DNA of 64,000 nt, from the NCBI GenBank assembly GCA_900128565.1, contig LT635912.1:1-64000 (forward strand). The letters are read 5' to 3'. Source of the stretch: Stramenopiles sp. TOSAG23-6. Lineage: Eukaryota. The notes beneath the pieces are model-generated. The model made no database searches and was not told the origin of the DNA. It saw only the letters and a program-made list of their open reading frames with translations. Shown one piece after another: positions 11,400 to 22,191 of this stretch (the first letter of the stretch is position 1; each line of letters opens with the position of its first letter). A program made the translations under genes and the position numbers.

Positions 11400-13670
11400 A
11401 TGTTGGACACTTCTGTAATCGTTGCATTTCTTTTTTTGTTTTTACAAGGATTTCCCGAAGTACTCTGTGATTCAAAAGAAATCGATGCGGCCATTAAAGC
11501 ATATAAAAATTCTATGTCCCTGAATCCGACAGACCATACATTGCGTGATAAAGTATGTTATGAGTTGGCTTTTAGGGGTAGAGAGGAAACTAGTAGCAAT
11601 TCTTTGGATCTCGCAACATACATTTGGGAAAAAAGTCTTGAAATATGTGAAAATTATCCTCGAACTCTTTTTTTCCGAGCACGTGCCTTCGATCAAGTCA
11701 ATAGGAACGGAGAAGCACTGGATGATTATAATACTATTTTTTCTTCATATGACAATATACCAGCCGATGAATTCGCTGAGTATAGCATTAATCGGGGAGT
11801 ACTCCTTCACAAAATGAACCGATTACCAGAAGCTTTATTTGACTTTGAAAGTGCACTAGCTGCTTCACCAAAAACAAAGTTCCACGTCTTACAGTTTCAG
11901 TCAAAAACATTACTGCGTCTCAATCGTCATAATGAAGCTATTTCAAAACTAGATGAGGCAATTACTCTAGTGCCTTCAAACCCAGAGGCAATGCTCCTGA
12001 AAGGTGAAAGTCTCTTAGAAATTCGGGAAAGATCCGACAAAGCATTGCTTATACTTGAGGATGTAATTGCAATGATTCAAGAACTATCAGGAAAACGTGA
12101 AAATATCATTAATACATGGCAGCTATCCATCGCGTGGGCACATCATGGAGAAGCTTTATCTCTTCTAAATCGTAACAGTGAAGCAATAACGTCATATACT
12201 ACGGCAATTTCGATGGATCCATCCAATACAAATGCCTACAATAGACAAGCTGATGTTCTCAATTCTATGGGACGTGTTGGACACGCATTATCTCTTTTTA
12301 ATCAATCTATTGACACTGACCCAAAATTATCGAATGTAGACGCACGGTTTAGTTCTGGGAATATTATTTACAAAGCTGCACAGAAAGGTACGTTTAATAA
12401 TGAGAAAGCATTTGAGATCTTCGATGAAGCAATCAAAATGATCCCAGACCACAAGACGCTAAGTTTGTCTATTTGGCAAGCAATAAAGCGTTACAATAAC
12501 TTATTGAAAGATCATTCATTTGGAATAGCACAATTGGATCCGTCAATCCAAGGCTTTTTTTCTGATGTGGGAATCACAAGTTTTGAAGGTTCAACTTCTA
12601 AACACTCTATGTCTCAATTTCAAGTCCTAAATATTTTGTGGCCTGGCCTGATATATGCTTCAAATGTGAATGATTCAGAAAATATTAATTTACAATTAAA
12701 CGAACTAATTGAAGAGATTGTTCCTCCATCAGCACGTGCTATACCAACGGATATAGTGAACGGATTTTACAATGCTATAAAAAGTGGCGACGTTTCTACA
12801 TTTACAAGAATTTTACAAGAATTTCCAAGCATAGCACTATTTCGATCGGAAGATGGCAGAGGACCTCTATTTTGGTCATACGAGTTTAATCATTTACACA
12901 TGGCGAAACAACTAGAGAAAGCAGGAGCTGATCCTTTGGCAGTAGATAACGAAAACATATTAGTCACAACGTGTGGTGCACTACCATATTTTATTAATAA
13001 TCAGCATAAAGATAAACAGAAGAAAGCATTAAAAAGAAGTGTTTTACCTCATGTGTGGCAATCATTGGGTGGGGATAGAACTGGTTCGTTTCTTTGGAGT
13101 TTTCAGCACAAAAGTGTCGTGGCAAGGCTCCATATTGAAATATTACAGCACATTTGGTCCTATCTGAAGGTCGAGTCAGGGAATGTCTATGGAAAGACTT
13201 CCAATCGCAAAAGCACTGTGAATAGTTATAACAATTTGGATAGGTTGCTAAGAGCAAATGCATCTGATATAGGTAATTTAGGTATTTACATTGCCAATTC
13301 TTGGTTGAATGTAGAGCTCCCGAATGAAACACTTTCTCCAAAATGGAAAGACTATGGAGGTATTACAATATCAGGTTTGTACTATGTTGATGGAGGTAGT
13401 ATTGGTTTGTCTCAAGGTGTGACTGAAAATCATGCATTGGAAAACACAGCATTATACATTCGTCACTTTTCGAGTTCAGCATCAATACCAGTGAAACAAT
13501 CAGGAGTTAGTGGCTCTATTGTAATGTGGCCAGGTTACATTGAACATATGATGCCAAAGAATAAGAGCAAACGTGAACGAATATCTATAGGCTTCACTGC
13601 CTGGATTACACAGGAAATTCCGCGTGGAACACTGAAGGAAGAACCGATCTCTGATGAGCCCTATTTATAA
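11400..13670 (+). CDS. Secreted TPR protein with ankyrin-like insert and C-terminal 2OG-Fe(II) oxygenase-like fold
   Basis: Signal peptide, several TPRs, DGRGPLFWSYEF ankyrin-like, ISGLYYV...GSIVMWPGYIEH...RISIGF. Confidence 0.7.
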   Translation: MLDTSVIVAFLFLFLQGFPEVLCDSKEIDAAIKAYKNSMSLNPTDHTLRDKVCYELAFRGREETSSNSLDLATYIWEKSLEICENYPRTLFFRARAFDQVNRNGEALDDYNTIFSSYDNIPADEFAEYSINRGVLLHKMNRLPEALFDFESALAASPKTKFHVLQFQSKTLLRLNRHNEAISKLDEAITLVPSNPEAMLLKGESLLEIRERSDKALLILEDVIAMIQELSGKRENIINTWQLSIAWAHHGEALSLLNRNSEAITSYTTAISMDPSNTNAYNRQADVLNSMGRVGHALSLFNQSIDTDPKLSNVDARFSSGNIIYKAAQKGTFNNEKAFEIFDEAIKMIPDHKTLSLSIWQAIKRYNNLLKDHSFGIAQLDPSIQGFFSDVGITSFEGSTSKHSMSQFQVLNILWPGLIYASNVNDSENINLQLNELIEEIVPPSARAIPTDIVNGFYNAIKSGDVSTFTRILQEFPSIALFRSEDGRGPLFWSYEFNHLHMAKQLEKAGADPLAVDNENILVTTCGALPYFINNQHKDKQKKALKRSVLPHVWQSLGGDRTGSFLWSFQHKSVVARLHIEILQHIWSYLKVESGNVYGKTSNRKSTVNSYNNLDRLLRANASDIGNLGIYIANSWLNVELPNETLSPKWKDYGGITISGLYYVDGGSIGLSQGVTENHALENTALYIRHFSSSASIPVKQSGVSGSIVMWPGYIEHMMPKNKSKRERISIGFTAWITQEIPRGTLKEEPISDEPYL

Positions 13671-13719
13671 TATTGAAAAAAAATAAATCGAGTTGGGTAA
13701 ATGCTTGTATTTTTTTAAT

Positions 13720-14970
13720 TTATTTCCGAACAAAACTTTCGCTTATTGCATCAGTAGATACTTGAACTGCATTTGCGTAATTCCTCAGAGGTAAAACTTG
13801 AAATGGCTCCTCTATTTGAACACCAATATCCTCTATTCCATATATTCCGAATGCTATAAACAAAGATACAGGTACCGTTGCACTTCCAACTAGAGGCCAA
13901 AGAGCCAATGGGAGCATATTACACCACACAGTGAGAAAAACTGATGTATGCCGGGTATAACAAGTAGGAATAGGCGTCATTCGAATTCTATCACATGCTC
14001 CAATGCATGTGTTTAAACGCTTCACCTGTTTATCCATTTCACAAACAAGATTTGGGTTGATACTTATACCGGTAGGATTACGAGTTGTTCCAAATTTGGC
14101 TGCAGTTGTCAAGGTTTCCGACATTAGTAAAAGAGTGACTAACGATCCTTGACCCACACATACAGCGTTTAAAATACGGGTTAAGTCATCTAACGATTCT
14201 TTATGTGCTGTACGCGAAACATTATTCTTCTCAGCCAGAAAAACGGGAGATAATTCTTCGGTTAGTTGGTTGTGTATATCACTTTCACTAAGTCCAGTTG
14301 AAGTCAGTTGAAAGTTCATCACGACGGGAAATGCTTTAATTAATTTATAAAGCCGATGGTGTTCCTTACTCATTTCGATACTATCATTTTTATCTCCATT
14401 TTTATTAATCAGAGGTAACCACATGAGTGACTGTCGAACTAAATCACGCGAAGCGTTGATAATATCACCCCAGATAAGTCTTGCCTCATTATACCGGTCA
14501 TAACTTGCATTAGTACGAAATGTTACGAGTAATCCTAATGCTAAGCTGCATACAGTAAATGGAAGGGGATTGATACTAATTTCCTGTGTATATATTATCT
14601 TCATTCCTTCGCTAACTGTGGTTGCTTCGCTGGCTAACGAAGCTACTTTGGTATTCCACAAAGTTAGTGAAGTTGAAGTTGCTCCCACGAGAAACAAATC
14701 TGGGAAAGATAATCTCTGCAAAGTTGCCGCCCATGGGAGGAGCTTCATATGCCGTATATGGCGCCAACATGATCTGTGTTTATCCCAATCAGAATGCGTA
14801 TAATTCCTTTCTTTAGTCGTAACCTGTCGTTGCAATTTAAAACCTTTCAAAGGTGGTTCTTCTTTATTTGAGCCAAATTCTGTTTTCTGTGATAAAGCTC
14901 TGTAGAGTCTTGATGAAAGAATAATGTTACCCTTTCTACGAATTTTGTTCGATATACTAAGACATAGCAT
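13720..14970 (-). CDS. Bestrophin-family (UPF0187/YneE/VCCN-like) anion channel, possibly organelle-targeted
   Basis: LLVTFRTNASYDRYNEARLIWG, TPIPTCYTRH, GIEDIGVQIEEPF; basic N-terminal presequence. Confidence 0.9.
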   Translation of the reverse strand: MLCLSISNKIRRKGNIILSSRLYRALSQKTEFGSNKEEPPLKGFKLQRQVTTKERNYTHSDWDKHRSCWRHIRHMKLLPWAATLQRLSFPDLFLVGATSTSLTLWNTKVASLASEATTVSEGMKIIYTQEISINPLPFTVCSLALGLLVTFRTNASYDRYNEARLIWGDIINASRDLVRQSLMWLPLINKNGDKNDSIEMSKEHHRLYKLIKAFPVVMNFQLTSTGLSESDIHNQLTEELSPVFLAEKNNVSRTAHKESLDDLTRILNAVCVGQGSLVTLLLMSETLTTAAKFGTTRNPTGISINPNLVCEMDKQVKRLNTCIGACDRIRMTPIPTCYTRHTSVFLTVWCNMLPLALWPLVGSATVPVSLFIAFGIYGIEDIGVQIEEPFQVLPLRNYANAVQVSTDAISESFVRK

Positions 14971-15246
14971 CTTTATATATTTCCAGGTTCAGGGAGGCAA
15001 CAATAATGTCCAATCCGAAAGTGAGTTTAGTTTTATGACAATTGTAGAGAAATACTAGAAGATATTATCGATATAATTATGCCTAATACTGCCCTTCCAG
15101 AGAGACCTCGCCGCGTTTTTGCGATTCAAAATTCAAAATCGAAAATCAAATCATCGGAGGTTATATTTACGGACATTTTATTTTGTTCAATAATTGCTTC
15201 AATTAATAAAAAATTAAAACGTGTGTCATTAAAACCTATCGTTTAC

Positions 15247-17835
15247 TTACCATTCAGCCCCTGGCCCAAAAAATTCAGCAAGTAGATCTTTATCATGCAG
15301 AATTCTCTGAATAGTTATTTTAGGAACAAATCGGTAAATTCCACGGCGGACATTAGCTCCAGTGTTTATCTGATGTTGAGTCACGGCACTTATAATTGCT
15401 GTGTCTAGGCGAAATTGTTTGCGAGCAAGTTTTGAGTAAAACTTCTTGGCATAAATCAAATTTTCCTTAAGTTTCTTATGCTTTTCTCTATCGAAATGTC
15501 CATTAACGAAATGTATTGTAGTTCCTCTCACATATTGAAGTATATCCTTGTAGGAAGCATCATTTTTCGCTAAACTTAGAATTTCATATATTTCACACGC
15601 TTTTGGGTTCGACTTCCACATTTTCCGAGGTATGTATTTTATAGCTATAGGGTTGTTCAGGATTGCCATAAGCGCCATTTCTTTGTCCATAGAAAATTGT
15701 ATGCTTGTGAATTTCAATGCTTCGCCCTTATTTTTAATTGCTTTTAATTGTACTTCAAAGTCGCCGTTAATTGCCTTCTTTTTTACAAGTTCCCGATTCC
15801 CACGGAGAGATATGTCTGCACATCTCAAGGCAAGGCCATCTCGTTCCACTGCGATCATGACAAGTGTTTTATACACATTAGGTGTAAAATCATTTTTATT
15901 CACCGCACATAGCGCCTTTGGTTTCACCTTTAGAATCTTGGTTACAAATGCAGATGTATTGTGAAAAAATATTTTTTTTTTTTCTGTTAGGTACAAAATT
16001 TAGTACGAAAAAAAAAATTCGAAATTCAAATAAAAATAAAACAAACAGTTCTTTCGGAGTTTTGGATCAGCATAATTAAAAGCTGAAAAAGACTTGGTAA
16101 CAGCAGCCATCACCACCTCTTCATTAGATCGAACAGTTTTATGAAAATCTTTGAGTGAACTCCCATTTCTTTTAACAATTTTTAAAGCCAATTTTGTATC
16201 TTTTTTATAGGCAGGGGGACAAAACTCAATTGCTCCTGCTGCCTTTTTTAATGCCAATGAAATAATCTCATCATCTATTATCCCAGCATAACGTAAGGAT
16301 GAGGCATGGTTTTGAACGGCTTGTTTAACAACTGCTTTATCATTTTGTAGAACAAAGTGGGCGTATCGTAGAACATCGGGGCCGAACTTTACAGCATTAA
16401 TAACAAAAGCTCTATGTATTGTGAAAAAAAAAACTATTTTTTTTAGCGAAAAAAATCGTTAGGTACGGAATTTCGTACGGAAAAAAATGAAATTCAATTT
16501 TGAAAACGTACATCATGTTTAAGACGTGCGGAGGCGTGATTCATTGCCATTCCTTTGGTACGTTTTAAGGCTTCCATCATGTAGTTTGAGAAAATATTTT
16601 TTTAAATTTGATTTGTTTTGTTACAGGTATGACACTTTCTATAAAATAAAAACAAACCACAAAATCCACAAAATCATGAAAAAAAACAAACAAAAAAATA
16701 AAAACAAACCACAAAATCATGAAAAAAAACAAACAAACAAAAAAACGTACATGAAAGTTGAGTTGTCTTTTAATTCGTCAGGTGCAAGTGCAATCACATC
16801 AACATTTTCTGCAAACCATTTTTTCGTGTTTCGTAGAGCATTAAGTACGACATTTGATGATCTCAACTCTTCTGGTACTCTTCGCAAAACATAAATATTT
16901 TCTTTCGTCGAAAGCATAATAATCTCCGTATCACGTTTCAAATGTTCTGAAAGAAAAACATAACTTCTTTTACTTCTCTTGCAAAGGTATTTTCCAACAT
17001 CCTTGTTTTCTTTGAGTCTCCCTAACAGCAACATTTGGGTCTCAAAACTAAATGAGTCAGTATGATACATGTACCAGTCAACTAGTAACACATCAGTATT
17101 TAAGTTGGGGAGCATATTTTCCACACAATTTTTGATGTTTTGTAACACATTAACCTTTCTTTCGCCTTGGAGATTCGCCGGAAAAAAATCGCGACAATGG
17201 TATTTCGCATTACTCCATAGACCAGCTCGAAATAATATTTCTCTGTCACCTCGCAATGACTCAGGCATTGATGTGAAAAAACTGTGAGAACGATTGAACC
17301 ATGTATGACGACTAAAATTCAAAAGAGCAATATTTTCCAAAGCTTCAATGGCAAACTTTCGACGTCGTCGCGCATCAATGGTAAGACGCTCATATAGATA
17401 TGGATTTGTTTGAAGTGTTTTCGTGATCAGAAAGGAAGAAAAATTCAACCATATGGAAGGATTTATTTCCGGGGGGTGGAATATAAATTCTGGATTTGCT
17501 TTAATTCGAGCTGTGAAAGTGTCAATAACGATTTGTTGTACTCTTGGATGATTCTGCATAGCCATGGAGGCGTATTCAAAATGATCAACATTATTACGTA
17601 CCGCATGTAACACCGCATCAAGGGTATTCATTTCTGGGGGTTCTGGGGGAGCGTCGTCGAAAGTTATGCCACCCCAAAAGTCCTCCATTTCTTTGCGTTC
17701 GCGTTCGAGGGCTACACGTGCTCTTTTTTTCGGCGGTTGGAGCGGTTCGGGCGGTTGTTCAGCTGCATGTGCATTTTGTATACTTGAAACAATAAGCAGC
17801 AATAATAAAAGTAATTTGTTGAATGCGCAGTTCAT
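15247..17835 (-). CDS. DUF4116-repeat protein with signal peptide; exons 17835-16751, 16578-16512, 16413-16047, 15953-15247
   Basis: Repeats of AVxxxGxALxYAxxxLxxDxxxV type; three family introns join all four exons in frame. Confidence 0.8.
15954..16046 (-). other. Non-canonical GT-AT intron, 93 nt, phase 1, donor GTTTGT
   Basis: ACT|GTTTGT...GTACCTAAC...CACAATACAT|CT; join KLRKN-SAFV. Confidence 0.85.
16414..16511 (-). other. Non-canonical GT-AT intron, 98 nt, phase 0
   Basis: GAT|GTACGT...CGTACCTAAC...CACAATACAT|AGA; join LKHD-RAFV. Confidence 0.88.
16579..16750 (-). other. Expanded GT-AT intron, 172 nt, phase 2
   Basis: CAT|GTACGT...TTTG-rich expansion...TACCTGTAAC...AATATTTTCTCAAACTACAT|G; join STFM-MEAL. 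Confidence 0.8.
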
Positions 17836-18129
17836 CTTTAAATAGTTGTCTTTGACCTTGTTCAAGTTAGTACCAGAGAAAACTACTGGGATTTGTGTCA
17901 GGCAGTTCTTCGGTCGTTTTTGTTACGAAATTTCGTACCAAATCAAATTGGTAGCAATTTGAATTGTTTACCAGTACGCTTACGCGTGCGCTGAATGGAT
18001 TTGGTGGGACAAACCTGTTCTGAACTTCTGATGCATGCAATCAATCGCAGGTATTTTTTTTTACGAGAATATTATATATATACGATGATGATAAATTGTA
18101 GTTTATTTTTGAAATTACGCCAAATAGAT

Positions 18130-19942
18130 TTACAATCGACCTCTCGACACTAAAATTGCTTTTTTTAATCCATTTAAATTTTTACGAATTTTAGCTTTTC
18201 GAAAGTCAATTTGAGCTTTTTTCTGTTTTATTTTTAAACGCTGAGCTTTTTCACGAATAAATGCTTGCTTGCTTCTCTTTTGTATTGTAATGTTTAAAGT
18301 TTTCATTTCTGATACTGTTAATTTCTTTCTTTTTAATTTGGGTACTTTGGAAATAAAAAGTTTTCCAATATGTGGTGGATTCCCACACGGTAAACCGTTT
18401 AATACTGGTCTTGGTGAATTCATTGATATGTTTTTATTTATTCTAAAAAAATATGTAAAATTTAAAATTTGTTAGGTACAAAATTTGGTAGAAATCTTTT
18501 TTTTAATTGATGAAATCATGAAAACGTATTTTTTTCTCTAGGGAATCATAAAACTTATTTCTTTGCTTTCGTTGAAGTGCATATTTTTCAGATATCTGCA
18601 AAATTTCTTGCTTTAATTCTTTGACATCTTCTCCATCAATCACTGGTTGTAACATTTCATTTTCATATTTTTTATTGTCAATCATTGGTTGTAACATTTC
18701 ATTTTCATATTTTTTATTGTCAATCATTGGTTGTAACATTTCATTTTCATATTTTTTATTGTCAATCATTGGTTGTAACATTTCATTTTCATATTTTTTA
18801 TTGTCAATCATTGGTTGTAACATTTCATTTTCATATTTTTTATTGTCAATCATTGGTTGTAACATTTCATTTTCATATTTTTTATTGTCAATCATTGGTT
18901 GTAACATTTCATTTTCATATTTTTTATTGTCAATCATTGGTTGTAACATTTCATTTTCATATTTTTTATTGTCAATCATTGGTTGTAACATTTCATTTTC
19001 ATATATTTTTTCAAAAGGATTGCTGATATTTAACTCTTTCTTTTCTTGCCGTTGCACTTCTGGAGGCGTAAATATCCTTGATTTCATGAGTGATAGTGAA
19101 GGTATAACCGTTGGGGTAGAGTATTTAAGTGGCCCTTTTTCTTTTTTTCTTTCTCTGCTTCTTTTTTCTTTATCATTAATTTCTATATCATACTTATGAT
19201 TATCCTGAATATTTTCTTCCTTTATTCTTTCACTGCTTCTTTTTTCTTTATAATGGAATTCTATATCATACTTTTGATTATCCTGAATGTTTTCTATTAT
19301 AATTTCTGTTTCTGATGTAATTCGAACTATACCTTGACTTGGAACTGTCTTCTTGACAATGCAGAATCCTTCTCGGTTTGTATTACCATACGGAGTGCAT
19401 GGAAGTTGAACTGTCGCTTCTAAAATTAAATAAATGCCCCATAAACTTCTTTTAAGTTCTACCTCCATCGATTTTATGTTATTCGAGTTTTCCCAACCAT
19501 AACCTTCTCGTTTAAAAAGTATTGTGACGGATACTGCATTTTGACTCTCCACTGACCAAAGTTTGACTATTGACAATGTTAGCGGTATAACAGTTCTTCC
19601 TAGTCGAAGTATATCCTTTTCAAATTGCCGAAGTTGAAAAGTAACTGGGAGGGACACATGTGGATTAATTTTACTTATATTTTCTTTGCCGTCATCATTG
19701 ATAAGAGCAACAGCGGTACAAAGGTACCAGAAAACACAATCATCTTCAAGCACAGCTACGACAAGTGGGTCACCAGATACTATTGGGCGTGAGTGAATAA
19801 AAGTTGACAATAAACTTGGACTTTTAGTCCTTCGAATGGCACATGTTGCTATTGAGGATGGAATGATTCCTTCGAGAGGCATAACTTTTGCTAGAAAATC
19901 TACACCCCGGGGCAAATTTAATCCATTACTATTGATAGACAT
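18130..19942 (-). CDS. Hypothetical protein with weak CDC48/PEX N-domain-like region and 14-aa tandem repeats; exons 19942-18530 and 18435-18130
   Basis: Long ORF plus downstream ORF joined in frame by a family intron (LEKK|KNISMNSP). Confidence 0.65.
18436..18529 (-). other. AT-AT intron of the same family, 94 nt, phase 0
   Basis: AAA|ATACGTTTT...GTACCTAAC...ATATTTTTTTAGAATAAAT|AAA; modal family length; an in-frame AC 6 nt further downstream is an alternative acceptor. Confidence 0.72.
18636..19004. repeat. Coding minisatellite, 42-bp unit, about 9 copies (YENEMLQPMIDNKK)
   Basis: Near-perfect tandem array. Confidence 0.95.
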
Positions 19943-20279
19943 TGTTGTACTGTATGATTAGAAAAGAGAAGAAACGTTTATATTATATATATCGTGGATA
20001 AATAACGGACGACTTTGACTCGACTCCATATTTCAAATGTAATTTAAATTTAAATTTCGAAATAATTACCCAATCCAATGGAATAACAACCTCGTCATGC
20101 AGATTTCTTGATCTTCAAAATGCACCCTTTACACTATTTGTAATAGCAATCATTGCTATTCCTACATTTCTATTTTACCCTAAAGAAAGAACTATTGTCA
20201 CCTCTGTTGACATGCGCGTACTCACTGAGTTTTTTAATAAAGGTGCTACTTGACGAATTGAACCCTCGTGGGGAGGATA

Positions 20280-21827
20280 TTACTCCTTCTCCTCTATCCA
20301 AGCTTTGAGTGATTTCATTCTTTTTAGGTCAACATCTTCATTTAATTTAACTATTTGAAGTATGTTGTCATTCCCTTTTTGATCGATATTTCTCAATTGT
20401 TCATCGATTCTTCTCCTTTTGCCAATCTTCATACGTGCCTCTTTATTCAAAATTCCTTGGACATCAAATACAATGTCTCTTGCTTTTTTATGATTATACG
20501 GACGGTGGATCGAAAATATCGGGTTCTCGAATATCATGTCGGCCTGCAACTTCCTCCATTCTAACTTGATATTTCGAGATGCTCCGAGTTGAAACCACGC
20601 TCCAAGTTGAAACCACCGACATTCAGGAGAATAATCTTGGTCAGTACTCGAATCATCTCGACTAGTACTCGAATCTATTGCTTTATCGTCTGATAATTTC
20701 TTACATGTTCCCTCTGCGTGATTCCCATGTGTAATTATATAACTGCTTCCATGCGTCATTCCATGCGTCATTCGACGCCTGGTTCTGGTAAATACCTCGA
20801 CTTCAGAAAAATGTCCCGTTTCTTGATTTCCTTCTAGCGGGTCCACAACGACAACCCAGTCTTTATCTGGCAAAATACAACTCTTCAAGGGAACCATTCC
20901 ATCATTGTATCTGGCTAAATTTTGAAAAGGTTGTTTACCAGTGATCTTACTAATGAATTTTCCAAATGCTCTTCTCCATGGCTTTTCAAATATGCGGAAA
21001 GAAACCAATTTGAGGATTCTAGAAAATATATTTCCCGGGTGATATCCATCAGCTGTATAGCCGCACAGGGCACCATCAATTAGATTTTTTCCCACAATAT
21101 ATTTTACGAGACTTTTGTCCGAATCATCTTTAAAAAAATGTATCCTTTGCAGACTTTTATACGCTTCGCCAGCTTTACCACGATCAGTACAGTATTGTCC
21201 ATACGGAATGCGAGCTTTTTTTGCCAATATTCCAACTGTTGCAAAAAAACCCGCTCTCAAAAGTTTAAAAGGGTTGAGTAATTGCTTCTTTTCATAGTAG
21301 CACAGTCCTTTAACTACACTCTCCGCTGCTTTAGAACCCCTCCAAGGAGCTTGTGATGAAAACCATACCGTATAATCTTCCGACGTTTTGTCTTTGTTAA
21401 GTTCACAATGTCCGTTCTTCAAAGCTGCAGCCAAAAGTAAATTTCCCATACTATGGGTATATATTGTTGCTCCATTTATCGTTTTTGTACCAACACCATC
21501 TGCTTCTGCTTCTTCTGCTGCAGCACTAGCAGCTGCCGAATCTTCTTCCTCTGAGTCACCACTTTTAATAAGAAATCTGCACAAATCCTTCTGTAAATCC
21601 TGATTATACCAACCGTTGTGAATTGTGTCAGCATGCCAATAGTAAAATCTTTCGCAATGTTCTAAAACTTTTTCAATATTTGCTGCCCAGTAACCCGTTG
21701 TATCTTCTTTTGGATTATATTCTTCCTCTGTCAACTCCATTTCCCCTGCCCCATGGATAAAGAAACAATCTCTATTTGCCAAAGAAAATCTAGTAGCGTA
21801 CAAACTGAACAGTAGTAAGAGTAACAT
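20280..21827 (-). CDS. Secreted alpha/beta-hydrolase (lipase-like)
   Basis: Signal peptide, FIHG, nucleophile elbow THSMG, PWRGS, NDGMVP, GNH. Confidence 0.75.
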   Translation of the reverse strand: MLLLLLFSLYATRFSLANRDCFFIHGAGEMELTEEEYNPKEDTTGYWAANIEKVLEHCERFYYWHADTIHNGWYNQDLQKDLCRFLIKSGDSEEEDSAAASAAAEEAEADGVGTKTINGATIYTHSMGNLLLAAALKNGHCELNKDKTSEDYTVWFSSQAPWRGSKAAESVVKGLCYYEKKQLLNPFKLLRAGFFATVGILAKKARIPYGQYCTDRGKAGEAYKSLQRIHFFKDDSDKSLVKYIVGKNLIDGALCGYTADGYHPGNIFSRILKLVSFRIFEKPWRRAFGKFISKITGKQPFQNLARYNDGMVPLKSCILPDKDWVVVVDPLEGNQETGHFSEVEVFTRTRRRMTHGMTHGSSYIITHGNHAEGTCKKLSDDKAIDSSTSRDDSSTDQDYSPECRWFQLGAWFQLGASRNIKLEWRKLQADMIFENPIFSIHRPYNHKKARDIVFDVQGILNKEARMKIGKRRRIDEQLRNIDQKGNDNILQIVKLNEDVDLKRMKSLKAWIEEKE

Positions 21828-22191
21828 TTGTGTATTCTATATAGTATATACAGTCGTGATTTATTATATCAATCAAATCTTCATTAATAAATTATTTCTT
21901 AGTAAAATTAAAGAAACAAAATAAAATACAGTGAACCTCGACTAGATTGTTAGATTTGTCTTTCAAAGATACGTATGTTTTTTTAAATTTTAATCCGTTA
22001 GTTAGAGTTTCGAGTCCGTTAAATTTAAAATCGACAGACATCAAACTACCTTGCGGCTTGCTAGCATTTGCTATTATTTTGCTATTTATATACCCATCAT
22101 CATCACTATTATTTCATCCTTGAATGATTTAAATATCATACCCTTACACAAATAACAAACATACGTATACACTAATCCAAATTGTCCCAAG

